Made by a program: the position numbers and the translations under genes. Below are positions 13,190-26,575 of a stretch of 64,000 nt of DNA, piece by piece (the stretch's first letter is position 1; every line of letters starts with the position of its first letter). Below the pieces are notes generated by a model that saw only the letters and a list, made by a program, of their open reading frames with translations, did no database searches and had not been told where the DNA came from. The stretch spans positions 146,513,741-146,577,740 of the forward strand of contig CM041465.1 in the NCBI GenBank assembly GCA_023213395.1, given 5' to 3'. Origin of the DNA: Cycas panzhihuaensis (taxonomy: Eukaryota > Plantae > Cycadophyta).

Positions 13190-16100
13190 TCCCATGAGAT
13201 GTTGAATCCTTGAAGTTAGGAAGATGGGGATCTTTCTTAATAAAATCCATTAATTCTCACATTATTTACCTTAGTATATAATCAATCCATTACACCAAAT
13301 ACTTTAAGATGGTCTTATTATGGAGGTAGCATAGCTAAATGGATAAGATATAATATGGTTGGATGACAAGAAGTTACTCTTCATCAAGGGTTAGGAGAAT
13401 ATTTTGGGGGATAATATCTTTGTCAAGGTGCTTTCTAAGATATGAAACATGAAAAACATTATGGATCTTGATGGTTGGTGGGAGTTTAAGCCTATAAACA
13501 ATTTCACCAATCTACTAGAGTACTTTATATGGGCCATAATAATGGGGGATGAGCCTTTGGTTTCTATGGTTCTTGAGCCGTTTCATATGATTTTAGGAAA
13601 AGGCTAAGTTTTATTTGAGGGTATATAGAATTTAATCCATGTCTTGGGATTTTTATTAGACTGTCACTGTGAGAATATTAGTTACTAGGGTGTGATGAGA
13701 TGGTAAGGGATAATCATAAAGAACCATAAAGGGAGATATACCAATAATCAAGTGATAAGATGATTTATACTAATGCTTTATAAGGGCTAACTAAGAGGTT
13801 CATTTGCTTTGGTACTTAGATGTAAAGCAATACAAGTAAGTTTCTAAAGTTTTATTAAGAACTTTAGACTGACCTTTAATTTCTAGATGGCAAGTTAAAC
13901 TCACATTAAATGAAGTTCCTAAAGCATGAAAGAGTTCTTGATAGAAAGAGCTAGTGAAGTCAGGGTAACATTTATAAACTATTATTGAGGAAAATCTATG
14001 GAGATGAAAAATAGATTGGATGTATAAATCAATAAGTCGAGATGCCTTATAAGAGGTGAAAACTAATAGAAAATGAGAATACTTAGTTATCCTATCAATG
14101 ATTACTAAGATAGAGTCAAAACTAGAAGATAATGGTAGGCCTATAATGAAATGTGTTACATCTAAAAGTAAAAGTAAAGATAGTTGATTTTATATATGTC
14201 TGGTAAAAATCTATTTGAATGCATTTTGGTATGAGTGATATTTAGATAGCATTTGAAAAATGAAAGGGGATGCAAGATGGACAATAATATGATTTTTATA
14301 TAAGAGATGGTTGTTGTGCATGGACCAACCCTTTTAATTATGGACTTTTATAGTCCATTAGTCATAATCAAGCTAAAATTGGTTATCAATGGCCAACTAT
14401 GTTAACTAAGTTAGTTGGTATTTGGTGATTACATGAATGGAGAGTTTAAGGGAAAGGCATGAGAGGGTGTTAGTGATAACATTATCCTCTCCTTCTTATA
14501 AGTTATAGTAAAATTAATCACATAAATATGATCAATCTACTTGGCTTTCTCTTTAGATAAGTTTAGATAGTTTAAAAGATGATGAAGTTTATGATGGTAG
14601 GTTAAAATAGTATAATTAGAGTAAAGGAGATATTAACACTGCTTATCCACTGCATATAAGATATCTTTCATTTCCTTTTGATAAGTTGACAACTAACACT
14701 CATGATCTTTGAGATTATGACTTCTAAATATAATTAAATAGAAAATTTATATGAGAACAACACCCACACCAAATCTTAAGGTATCATATTCAAGTTATAA
14801 GGGTTGGGAAAAATCTAGAGTGGTAAGGATTAGGGTAGAAGTCATAATTATCTTAAAATGGTTAAAGGCATCATTCATGATTAGGGAATACTAAAATAAG
14901 TCTTTTCAAAATAAGTTAGTTAATAGAGAAATAAGAGAAGCATAAATTCTAATAAATCATCAATAGAATCTTATAAGCCCAAGAAAATCTCACAACTCGG
15001 TGAGATTCTTAGGCATTGGCTAGGTAGTAATGACTAAAATTTTATTAAGGCTGACTTAGATACCTTCCAAAGAAATGATATAGCCTAAGTATTATAATTT
15101 AGATATACCAAATTCACACTTCAAAAGCTTAGCATAGAGTCGATGTTGGCTAAGAATTAAAGGATAATTTCAAAATGTTGAAGATGATGAGTTAGGAAAG
15201 AAATGTAAATGAGTATGTCATCAATGAAAATAATGATAAATTTATAAAGATAGGGAGTAAATATTTTATTCATTAAAGCCTAAAATATGGATAAGACATT
15301 GCATAGGCTAAAAGGCATAGCTTAAAATTTAAAATATCCATGATGCATATGAAAGAAAGTTTTATGGAAATCCTTAGGGGCAATGGAGATTTGGTAATAT
15401 CCCAATTAAAGATCAAATTTAGAGAATATAGCAGCCCCATGGATTTTATCCAACATGCCATCAATTCCTAGGGTTGAACACTTATTATTTATTATGATTA
15501 TATTAAACTTATAATAGTCCATACATAGTTAGAAGGAACATTTCTATTTATGGATAATCATAATGGGGACAATATAGGGACTTTTGATGGGTTGGATGAT
15601 GCTTATGCTTATTAAATTATATTATTTTTTAAACCTTATTATCTTGTAAGTAAAAGCTTTAGTAAAGTATAAGTTTGATGGGATCATGAGGGTATTTGAG
15701 CATAATGGTGTGGTCAAACCCTCAATCTAGGGGATGGTTATTAGGAAAGAAGGGAAAAGATAAAGTGGTACTTGGTGAGAAGGTGTTAGATATATAGTTG
15801 AGTGAGAAATTTTCCTAAAAATTATTGATTCAAACTATGTACCCCACATTACTATTTAATTGTTTACATATTTGACTCAAAGAGACAAGTTTAGTAAGGA
15901 GAGGTTTAATACCATGAAGCTTATGCATTTGGCCTATAATATATTTGAATAATATGAAAGGATTATTAGGCATATTACTTGTACTATAGGTTCCAAGCTT
16001 TTCAAGCTACTAGACACCTAAGATAACATTAAATCATCCTATAGATAAAGCATAAAAGTATAAGACTAAATGGTAGGCAAAAATCTAAATATATAAGTTT

Positions 16101-17340
16101 TTAATGGTTCTAGCGTAGTGCATAGTATAATAACCTAATAAGGAACAAGTGAATCTAATTTTAGGAATAATATATATATTAAGTTTCCTTACCTAGGATA
16201 TGTTAGTATCGATTAGAATGGTGATAATTTCTTTTTGAAATATGCATTTAATTAAAGTGGTTTAAGATTAGATATAGAAGAGATAGCTAATAGGTAAACT
16301 TTTGGCTAAGGATCTAAGAAGGATTCTTAGGGAGGGTCTTTATCAAGATCATCCTCTATATATGAAAAACCATTCATTGATCTTTGCACACTCTCCCATG
16401 ACTAGGGGTTTTCTTCTCTAAGCATTTGATGTATAGGCCAACTTTTATATGCATGTTTACATTTATTGATAGTATATGTAGTGGGTATAGGGTAGGTTCT
16501 ACTTTCAAGTATTGTGTTTCATCTAATTAGGGATGTTGATATTGCCAGTTTATCTATTGAGAATGTTAGTAATATGTAGAGTTATTACAAAAAGGAGATG
16601 ATAAGTCTATTGCAAATTTAGCCTTAACTACTTTAGCTATAGATATGGCTTCTCTAAAATTAATTAGAGGAATCATCTTAAGATGTATTTAAATGCATTC
16701 CTTAAGCCCAACCATATACATTGATGGCTAGTTATCAATCGAGTGATTAGGTAACTTAGTCTTGTAGTGCCTAGAATTCTTTAATATATACTTCTACTAA
16801 TGTGATTTATTTAAGCTGGGTGAGTTAAATAAAGAATGATTGATTCCATGCTTCTTCATATTTCTCAAAGAATTTTCTACAAAACTAGGATCATGTTTGA
16901 TTTGCTAAATGCTCCTACTATCACCAATAAAACTAATGATATGTTTTGTCTTTAAGATAAATGGAGATGAAGGTTATTTAGTTATTAAGAGACATAAGAT
17001 TAAGGGAAAAGTATAAAATATAATTCTAACTTTCTTATGTAACTCCCCACAATATCCTTATAGAGATCTAGATCAAACATTGGTATTAAGAATTTTTTGA
17101 TGAGATACTTATCATGGAAGGGGTGGAGATAGAAGAGAGTTACCAATTGAGTTTAAAGTACTTTTTGAGTTGGAACTAGATGCCATGCTAGACATCTAAG
17201 TAGCCAACTTTATAATTTCATTTGTCAACTCAATGGATAGCTTTACCAAACCATCCTTTAAACTATTAACATTATCAAACATGGTAATAAACTGGGCCTC
17301 TAATATAGAGATTCAATCTACTTGAGTTAGAGAGATCATT
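13190..17340 (-). pseudogene. Disrupted gag-pol (gag, PR, RT, RH, INT, chromodomain)
   Basis: Motifs listed above; numerous stops and frameshifts. Confidence 0.85.
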
Positions 17341-17537
17341 TGGACATGTATAAGCTACTATGAAAATAAAGGGATTATAAGAAGAGGTTATTCATGAAAA
17401 AGGAATTAGAGAGATAGAATGGGATTAATGAGTTAGGGAGTGGATAGACAAAATAGGATTAAAGAATCAAGAAGTGATGTAAAGAGAGGGTAGGTATCTA
17501 TAACCTATTGACCTTAAAAAATTTCCAATAATTTCAC

Positions 17538-20500
17538 TATTGGATGTAATATCCAATTAAATGATTGAACTTATTTACACTCTCTCACATATTATTAAAT
17601 TTTATATTATAGATTACCTTGAGTTGTGGGCCATATAAAAATGTATGATAGTACATAATAGTTAACCTTGAGGGTTCTGACATGTATGGTGAGTTGTATT
17701 ATATATATGTGTATCTTCTTTATATAATTTAAAGTTTGACCATTCTTCTACTATTCTTTGTGTTCACTTATATATACTTTATCATTATTATGTTTAATTT
17801 CATTATTATTTTACTCACCCTATTTGTCCATTATCATAGCTTCACATTTTGGTATAAGAGTTGTATTCTAAATCTAACATTTAGTATTAAAGCCCAAGGT
17901 TTAATCTTTGAGGATTTTTTTTTTTGTTTTTTTGAGTCTATTCATTCATCATTTTAGAGCCTTGTTTATGGTATTTTAGGAACCTAATTTTATACCTTAT
18001 TAGTGACCTATTTTAATCCATTAGAAGAGTATTCTTTCAAGATTTTAAAGGGTTATTTTACTAATATTGCAAGAATGCTTATGAGGCTATTATTTTGCAA
18101 TATACTAAAGTTTTCCTAGGGGGATGTGTATTGATTTTTGAAGTTATTTTTAAAGGTCATGGGAAGACTATTTTGAAGTAGTTTGAAGTTACTAAAAAGT
18201 CTATTTTTATGAAGTTGTAGAAAGAAGTACAAAATAGCATATTTAAAGGCAAAAAATGTTATGTTGAAGCTTTTTTCAAAGTTATTGCCTATGGAGAAAA
18301 AATGAGTAAATTAGTTGTTCATGCTAACTTGATGACCCTATAAAATTAACATGTCTGCTATCAACAAAGAGTAGCTCATTTTTAGAAATGAAATCTATAT
18401 ATCACAAAGAAAAAACTATTAGACTAACCATCCCTATAACTCAAAAATATGGGTTGTTTTTTAATAGTGTTTATATATAATTTTTTTATTTTTTTGCAGC
18501 TATTGTTCAACTTTAATTTATGAGCTAATAGGGCCCTTAGATATGTAATGAATGTCTCTAAAAATGAACAGAGAAAAGTTATATAGTTTGCATATTCACT
18601 CTTTAAAATACCATGTTAGTTATAAAACTTTAAATATGTTATGCTTGATGTAGCATTGTTATCTGAAAGTTTGAAGATAGATTCAAACATCTCAATAATG
18701 GCATAGCCCTCCCTATTTTTACTTTATTAGTACCTCTACAAAGGCTAGAGATTATGGGTTCTTATTAAATTTTTGCTCTTTTATTGATTATATAAACCAT
18801 ATAAGGTTTGTCTAGAAAAAAAAACAAAAAAAGAGAAAAAGAGAATGATAGTTCAAATAATGGAATGGAATTGGAAAACAATTTACAAGTACAAAAGAAA
18901 AATGACATTTAGTTATATTCAATGTGAATATTTGTGGAAGTGCATCCTATTTGGAGTGTATGGAGTAGACACTATATGATCTATTAGGTAATCCAGTTAG
19001 CAGTAAGAAATAGAATAAATGGATGGAAAGGGCATCCCGATAATAATACAAAGGTAAGTGATACATATGTCTTAGGCAAAATCCATCAAAGCTACCTTGT
19101 ATTAGATAGAAGTATGATAGTATGGAACACTTCCAAACCTATGGGATAAAGGAGAGTCTATAGATCAAAACATTGTAGATTAGTCTATAGAAGATATCAT
19201 GCTAAGAGGGAGTACCATAGTGGATGACAAACACACCAATATAAAGAGCTCTGGAAAGATGCCTATATATGAGAATGGATGGCATGCACCCATCAAAGAG
19301 AGTATATGACAACAGAAAGATGGTGTTGGTCATGTCATTAACTAAAGGAATATGAAGCCTCAACCTACACAGTGAGAGAACATAATGGAGCCTACATTGA
19401 TGCCTCTAGATAGGAATGGGATTTATAAAGATGATGAGCCACCACAATTAGAAGGTAGCATAAAGCTCAAACTCTTCATAAAGACTCTATAGCCAAGTAG
19501 TGACTATCAAACGAATGGTCAAACATAGATTGAAAGATGCCATAATGAGGGCAAATAGTGAATGGTGATAATTACATCACCATGAGAAGTTGGTTTATAA
19601 AAACACACAACATAATTGATACTTACGACCCCATAAGTAATATTTATTTTCTAAAAGACCTTATTTTTTTTAGGTGGATCAATTTAGTAAATTAAAAATT
19701 TGTAAGTTTACAAATAAATTTAATTATATTTAATATTATTTTCAAGTCTGTTAGATGTGTGAACATCAAAATTTGGTAGACGAGATTTTTTTTTTTTTTA
19801 ATAAAATTACACTTAAATATATTTGATAAAATTTGAGATCTATAACCCCCTACTAATTAGCCTATTAGTCATATGCATGACTTATGTGACCACTAACTTA
19901 TTAGGGAAAGGGACTAATCTCCTATTTTTTGGCCCTTAAGGAGTCATCTTCACTTTTCAGTAATATCTTGAGCATACAAACTCTGATTGCAATTTCATTA
20001 GTTGTGTTAAAATTCTAACTTAGAGATCTATTATTTATCAAGTTACTTGATAAAAATTAGAGTTATTTTGAGGGAGAAAATGCAACTCAAAATAAAATGT
20101 TTCTTTTAAAACTTACATTTTCATTTTTTTTTCATCACAATAAATCAAATTAATTATATTTCTAAAGGTTCCATATTATTTGTTGCACATTATCTTAATG
20201 TAATGTACCCTACATTGGGGGGGGGGGGTCAAATGTAAAATTTATCATATAAGCTGATATTAGGCTCTAAAGAGCCTATATTTTAAAAAAAATATTAAAA
20301 TTTATCATTTAGAGACAGTTATTTTATTGTTATTTGAGTCACATACATTTTCAAATATGTTTATGACATTTTATTGTTGGATATTATAGCCCATAGAGGC
20401 AATGTATAACCCATCAAGGCATTTGTAAGCCCATAGAGGCATGCTTGTAGGTCCATGAGAGTGATTTTGAAGCTATAGAGCTCTTGTAAGGTCATAGTAC

Positions 20501-21219
20501 CTTTTATTTCTAATGATTATATCCAAATATCTACTTGTATTATCCCATATTGGCAATATGTGAGATCTCTTTTCAACTACTCTTACACATTATTCTTCAA
20601 CTTACCTATTCAACCGCATACAATGATATGTTCCCAGGGTGGAGTTGACTTCATAATAACTATATCACATATATGAAGGAGCATCTAGTTAAATGGTAGT
20701 CATAACAACTAGTTACCCATGTGGTTCAACAAATGAAACTTTCTTTACATGAGCATCCACAATTTATATTATTATAATAACTTATATTCTAATAAATTTG
20801 AAGATAAATTTATATTTTTGATATGATATTTTATTTGATGCAATCGTCTATTATAAGAGGAAATATTAGATGTAATATATAATTACATGATTAATTTTAT
20901 TTACACTATCTCACATATTATTATATTTTATATTATAGGTTACCTTGAGTTGTGTACCACATAGAAATATGTGATAGCACACAATAGTTAACCTTGAGGG
21001 TTCTCACATATATGGTGAGTTTTATAATATGTATGTATATAATTTTTACATAATTTAAAGTTTGACCATTCTCACACCATTCCTTATATTCACTTGCACA
21101 TACTTTATCATTTTTATACTTGATTTCATTAATCTTTCACTCATCCTATTTGTCCATCGTCATAAGTTCACATATTATTTTCAACAATTTGGTATTAGAG
21201 CTGTATTATAAATCCAACA
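17538..21219 (+). mobile_element. Non-autonomous LTR element A (LARD/large-TRIM-like), no recognisable gag/pol
   Basis: Direct repeats 17538-17879 and 20864-21219; degenerate PBS-Met 17882-17893; PPT AAGAGGAAA 20855-20863; TCAC shared on both flanks. Confidence 0.85.
20388..20498 (+). repeat. Degenerate ~20-22 bp tandem repeat inside element A
   Basis: AGCCCATAGAGGCA..TGTA recurring about five times. Confidence 0.7.
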
Positions 21220-24200
21220 TCACCTAGTATACTAGACATGTATGAAAATATTACTAAAATAATTTAGATGAGATTTGGGTGTAAAAATTAGGATATAGAG
21301 CATATGGGATGCTTATATGATATTTTCCCATAAAAATTTAAGTTAAAATTGACACAGTGAAAATGATCAGTGCAATGTATTTAAAAAAATAAAATGTATA
21401 AAAGGCAAGGGTAAAATTTGTGCTATGGATATAATTTTTTTTAATACCCATAGATTTAGTATAAGTTTTAATTACAATAAAATAGATCTATACAAAAATG
21501 ACCCTATGGGTAGTTTTTTTTTTTCTCTTTTTTATCTAATGATGAATATCTTTGGACATTATAACTGAAGGTTTAGATAAGAAGAAGTCTATAATAAGGG
21601 TTTGAATAAGTTTTTTATAATTACAATTTTATTATATTTTATGGTGTTTAACTATAATAATTTTATTTTTACCTTATATTTTATGGTTTCTTATTATTTT
21701 TTTAGTAGTTTATGCTACTATAAAGTAGTGTTTAGGTAATATACTTTTTGGGTAGACTTATAACATAAGGTTTACCTACTATATAGGCCCTCTAATAAAC
21801 TTCTCAATTATAGTAATACTTAACCCAATATCTTAGGTGTCAGATTAGTATCAGGTTCTAATATTAATATGCATTCAACAATAAAACTCAACAAAGCAAA
21901 TCAAACTACACAAATAAGATTAAGCATAAATAAATATGCTGAGTAAATGGCTATGGGCAAATTGGTTACACTATGCATCTATATTCCAATAGAGTTTCCA
22001 TATGAATAAAATCTAATATGTAAATATAAGCTGTGGAGCTTAATTTATAAGCATACCACAAATAATTATAATAATATTATTAACCGACATATCAGCAAAG
22101 GTAGCAGACTTGACATAACTTTACATTATATTTAAATTACAAAGAGGGGTCACCTAAAGTATATAATACATAGACATACAAATATTGCATTATAATAAAG
22201 TGGCCATTACAAGTTTTAACACTCTCCATTAATGACAGCTTCATTACATCTAATATTAAGGTCATGTTAAAATAGTTCAAACTTTGGTTTACCAAGTGTT
22301 TTGGTGAAGATATTTGCAACTTAGTCCTCAGCTAGTTAGTAAATAAGATTTATTTCTCTGTTTTGAACATGCTTATAGATGAAGTGATGGTGGACCTCTA
22401 TGTGCTTTGTTCTAGCATGAAAAGCTAGATTCTTCATCATCTTCAACATACTCTAGTTATTATAGTAGAGAATGGTGGGTGCAGTCTATTAAAGTCCAAG
22501 CTTTGTAAGAGTCCTTCTGAGCCATATCAACTCTGTAGTGGCATGGACAACTAATTTATATTAAACTTTAGTGGAGGAAATAGTAACATTTGGCTACTTC
22601 TTATAGCTCCAACAAATTATAACTAAATTTATATTAAAACAATATCCTAAAGTTGAGTGGCATGTATCTTGGCAACATGCCTAGTCAGCATTCATGTGTC
22701 CTTTCAGGGTAAGAGATTTAGTTTAGTTATAATCAAGTCCAAATTAATATGTTCCATGAATATATTTAAGAATCCTAGTTACATCTTTCCTATGAGATGC
22801 TCTAGGCTTTAACATGTAGTTGGAGCAGATCCTAATAGTGTGTGAAGTAGATGAGACTCCTAACTAACTGCTAGTATAAAGTTAGATCAAATGGTTTACC
22901 TTGCTTGTCTAGGTTTAGCTTAGTTCCTATTTCTATGGGAATTGGTATTGGTTTATAACTTGTCATCCTAAAACATTATTAAAGTTCATTGGCATATTTT
23001 GATTGAGATAGGAAGATGTACCATGGTTCCTACCAAACTTTAATTCTAAGGAAATAATAGAAAAACCCAAGATCTATCATCTCAAAGTCGCTTTTTAGTT
23101 TAGATTATAGCCAAGTTATGCCTTTAGTATCATTAACTATGATTGTGAAATTATCCATATAAAGTACAATGATAGTAATCGAGTTTCTTCTAACTTGAAT
23201 ATACAAGTCTAAATCAGAGGGTGAATGATGGAATCTATACTAAGTAAAAAAAACATCAATTTTTGCATACAAGTTATGTGGTGCCTATTTTAGTCTATAC
23301 AAGGCTTTATCAAGCTTACAAACTAGGTGTTATTTACCTAGAACAATATAGCTAGGAGGTTGCTTTAAGAAAACTCTTCTATGAGCTCTCCATTAAGGAA
23401 AACACTCTTCACATCCATTGGTAAACTGCCCAGTTGAATTGGGATACTAGTGACATCACCAAATGAAATGTGGTCATGTTGGTTACTAGTGCAAAGATCT
23501 TATTGTAATCTATCCCTTCCTACTATTTGAAACCTTTTATAATAATATGAGCTTTATGACACTTAATAGTGCCATCTATATGGAGATTGATTTTATATAG
23601 CCATTAACAATCAATTAGATTTTTTCTAGGTGGTAGTTCTATCAGCTCACAGGTTTTATTTTTAAGGATATAATTCATCTCTTTATCTATGTCTACTTTC
23701 CACATTTGGTCTTTAACTGTAGCCTCAAATGTGGAAGGCTCAGGGGTTTCTAGGACATGTTCCATTAGGGTAAAGTCAGTGGAGTGTCTCATTTTTTATG
23801 CTCTTTGATATCTATGAGAGGAGAAGAAGCATCTATTAGTAATTGTTGAACCCACTTAGAAAGTGGCTGAATACTAGTAGCCTCCACTTGGAGGTCATTA
23901 ATTGAAATGTATGGCATAGAGGTGCTTGCATCTGATGTAGATGTTAAAGCTATCGGAATTGAAGATAAACCTAGTGTATAGGAGGATGTAGCTACTAGTG
24001 GCTCCAAAATTAGTATAAGAGGCACTTTAGGTACATGAACATCATCTTCTACTACATATTAAAGTTTTGAGGGGTTTAGGTCCTCGATATCTTTAATAAA
24101 AATTACATATTAAGTAGCATAGTCTTGGTTTCCAATAATATCAAATTCCTTATAGGCTTTATAACTAGGTACATAACCAATAAATATGCACTTAAGGCTT

Positions 24201-25659
24201 TTGTCATCTAGCTTCTTTATATTATCCTTTAGAATAAGTTTATATATCGTGTATCCAAATGTTTTTAAATGTACAATAGTTGGTTTAAATCTTGACTAAG
24301 CCTCCTTAGGAGTGATGTTCCTAACTACAACAGTGGGACTCCTATTAGTGAGATAGACAAATGTCATGATGGCATCAACCCAAAATTTGGGAGTAAGATT
24401 TGCTCTACTTAACATAACTTTAGCTTTATTCACCAATGTTTGGTTCATTTTTTTGGCTATACCATTCTTTTGAGGTGTATAAGGTGCTAAGAATTAACAT
24501 TTGATGCCATGTTATTTGTAGAAATTAGTGAATTGATTTAACATGTATTCTCCTCCATTATCAGATCTAAGGGTCTTGATAGTCACGCCACTTTCGTTCA
24601 CTACCTCAGCTTTAAATTTCTTGAATTTATCAAGGGCTTGGTACTTATTCCTTAGGAAGTGTACCCATATTTTCCTAGAATAATCATCTATGAATGTCGT
24701 GAAAAATAGACTACCATTAAGGGATTGAACTGGCATTGGCCCACAAATATTTAGTGGACCAATTCTAATGGTTTAAAGGATCTCTATGCATTCTTGGATG
24801 AGAAATTTTCTCTTTATTATTTTTGCACTAGGTATGCCTCACAAATGCATCTATTTCTCTTAATCCTAAGAAGTACGTGAAGCCTAGACATGAGATTTAA
24901 ACTCTACATATTCAATTGACCAAGGCATTGATACCAAAGTTGGTCTTTAGTACTACTTGAGCTAGATTTATCATCAGGATTAGAGCATTCATCTTATTCT
25001 TAGACACGAGATTGGTCCTTTACCATGACATTTTTTTTTCTTATCAAGTTGGGTGTTTGAAGCTATTAAACATAGTTCTATTGGAGGATTAGTGTGGAGG
25101 GGAATACCATAAAGCTTATATAGGTTGTTATCTTTATGTCCTATTACCAAAAGTTGTCTAGTAGTATGATTAGTAATAGTACATATACCTTGACTAAAGA
25201 GAACATCTAGATTCTACTTATTAATTTGATTAACAGAAAGCAAGTTCATCTTTATACTTAGAACTAAGAACATGTTATTAATGTGATGCCTGATTTTGGA
25301 GTCTTTAAAAGCTATTAGGGCCCTTCTAATTTTAGTCACATTGTATGCTAAGTTGTCTCTAAATGTGACCATTTAAGTGTTAATTAGATAAGTTTCCTCT
25401 AACATATCTTATATGCTAAACATGTGCCATGTGGCACCTGAGTCAAATAACAAAGAGTTTTCACCATGTTAAGATGATAATGCTACAAAGAGTAAGTTTT
25501 GAGAGGAGGTATCTTGAGTATCTATCACATTACCTCCTTGATAAGTGTTGAGATTATTCCTTTAATTTTTGGATGGGAACCACTACCTATTTTATTGATG
25601 TTGATTCTAATTTAGTCTTTGATTCTAATTCTATTGATAGAATTAGCCTAGTTCCTAGT

Positions 25660-25920
25660 ATGATAGTCCTCTTTGTGGGGAAATATGTTATTCCTATTGA
25701 GAAATGGGTCCTCCCTTTTAGAAGTAAGGGGCTCCTTATTAAAGAATGGGGCCTTCTTGTTATAGATAAGATGCTTCTTGTTGAGAGCTTAGTCCTCCTT
25801 ATTAATAACTAGGTCCATCATGTTGATAGTTAAGTGCTCCTTATTGAAAGTTAGGTGCCCCTTGTTGATATCATAGGGCTCCTTATTGATAGTATGGAGC
25901 TCCTTATTAGAAGCTAGGTT
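25660..25920 (-). repeat. 21-bp coding tandem repeat in Gag C-terminus
   Basis: Minus-strand CAACAAGGAGC/TAATAAGGAGC recurring every 21 bp, about 12 copies. Confidence 0.8.
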
Positions 25921-26575
25921 TGTATGGTTGTCTCCCTTAATTTTGTAATATTTAAATATCAACTTATCTTCTTCTATATTTAATAACAAGATGGCCATAT
26001 TTTCCATAGTACAAGCAAGTGACATTTGGTCTACTTTGTTAATTCCTTTTTTATTAAGGTTATAGTAGTTGATGGGGCTCTTGAGGCTTTTAAACTTGAT
26101 AGGAGGGAGTGCCAATTTGATGTGGTTACTGCTGAGTTAATGACTAACTTATTTTTCATGAGATATCTAAGGAGTCAAATTGTTGAGTAATATTTTATAT
26201 CTAATTTGGCTATTGAGTTGGCTATTAAATAGTCTTGCCCCTCTCTAAATTTTGGTCACAAATGTAGGGGCCAAGTTAGAGGCAGATGCTACTCCTTAGC
26301 AGTTAAGAATATTTTCTTCTCTTAATAAGAGTCCTTCAAATGTCATAAAGTCTATTTTTATGTAATTATTATGAAGTTTGGACATAAAGCTATTATACTC
26401 TACTAGAAGGATATTAAGAATGTTGGACATAAGGTCATGGTCTAATGGATGTTGAATAAGGATTATTAGTTGGTTTATTATTATCTTGACTTTAGTTAAA
26501 TGAGCAGTAATATTTCCAGCAAAAGATATAATAAATAGGCATTCCTTTAAGATCAAACAACTTGACTCATATTTC

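Larger units (their letters stand above)
12789..17340 (-). mobile_element. Ty3/gypsy chromovirus (Reina-like), 5' LTR missing
   Basis: Minus strand order gag (degenerate knuckle ..CLEKKTPSHGRVC ~16390-16440), protease ILIDT (~16210), RT FIDDIL (~15210-15230), RNase H, integrase, GPY/F motif YYGPYKVL..IGEIVYRLKLP..IHNVFHVS (13430-13560), chromodomain-like KYLV(Q)W (~13300), pol running into PPT (13185-13193), then LTR. Confidence 0.88.

Noticed and set aside
25789-26115. NKE-repeat protein as listed in the ORF track
   Set aside because: Probably an off-frame reading; the Gag frame is better explained as QQGAP repeats with CAA-to-TAA stops.
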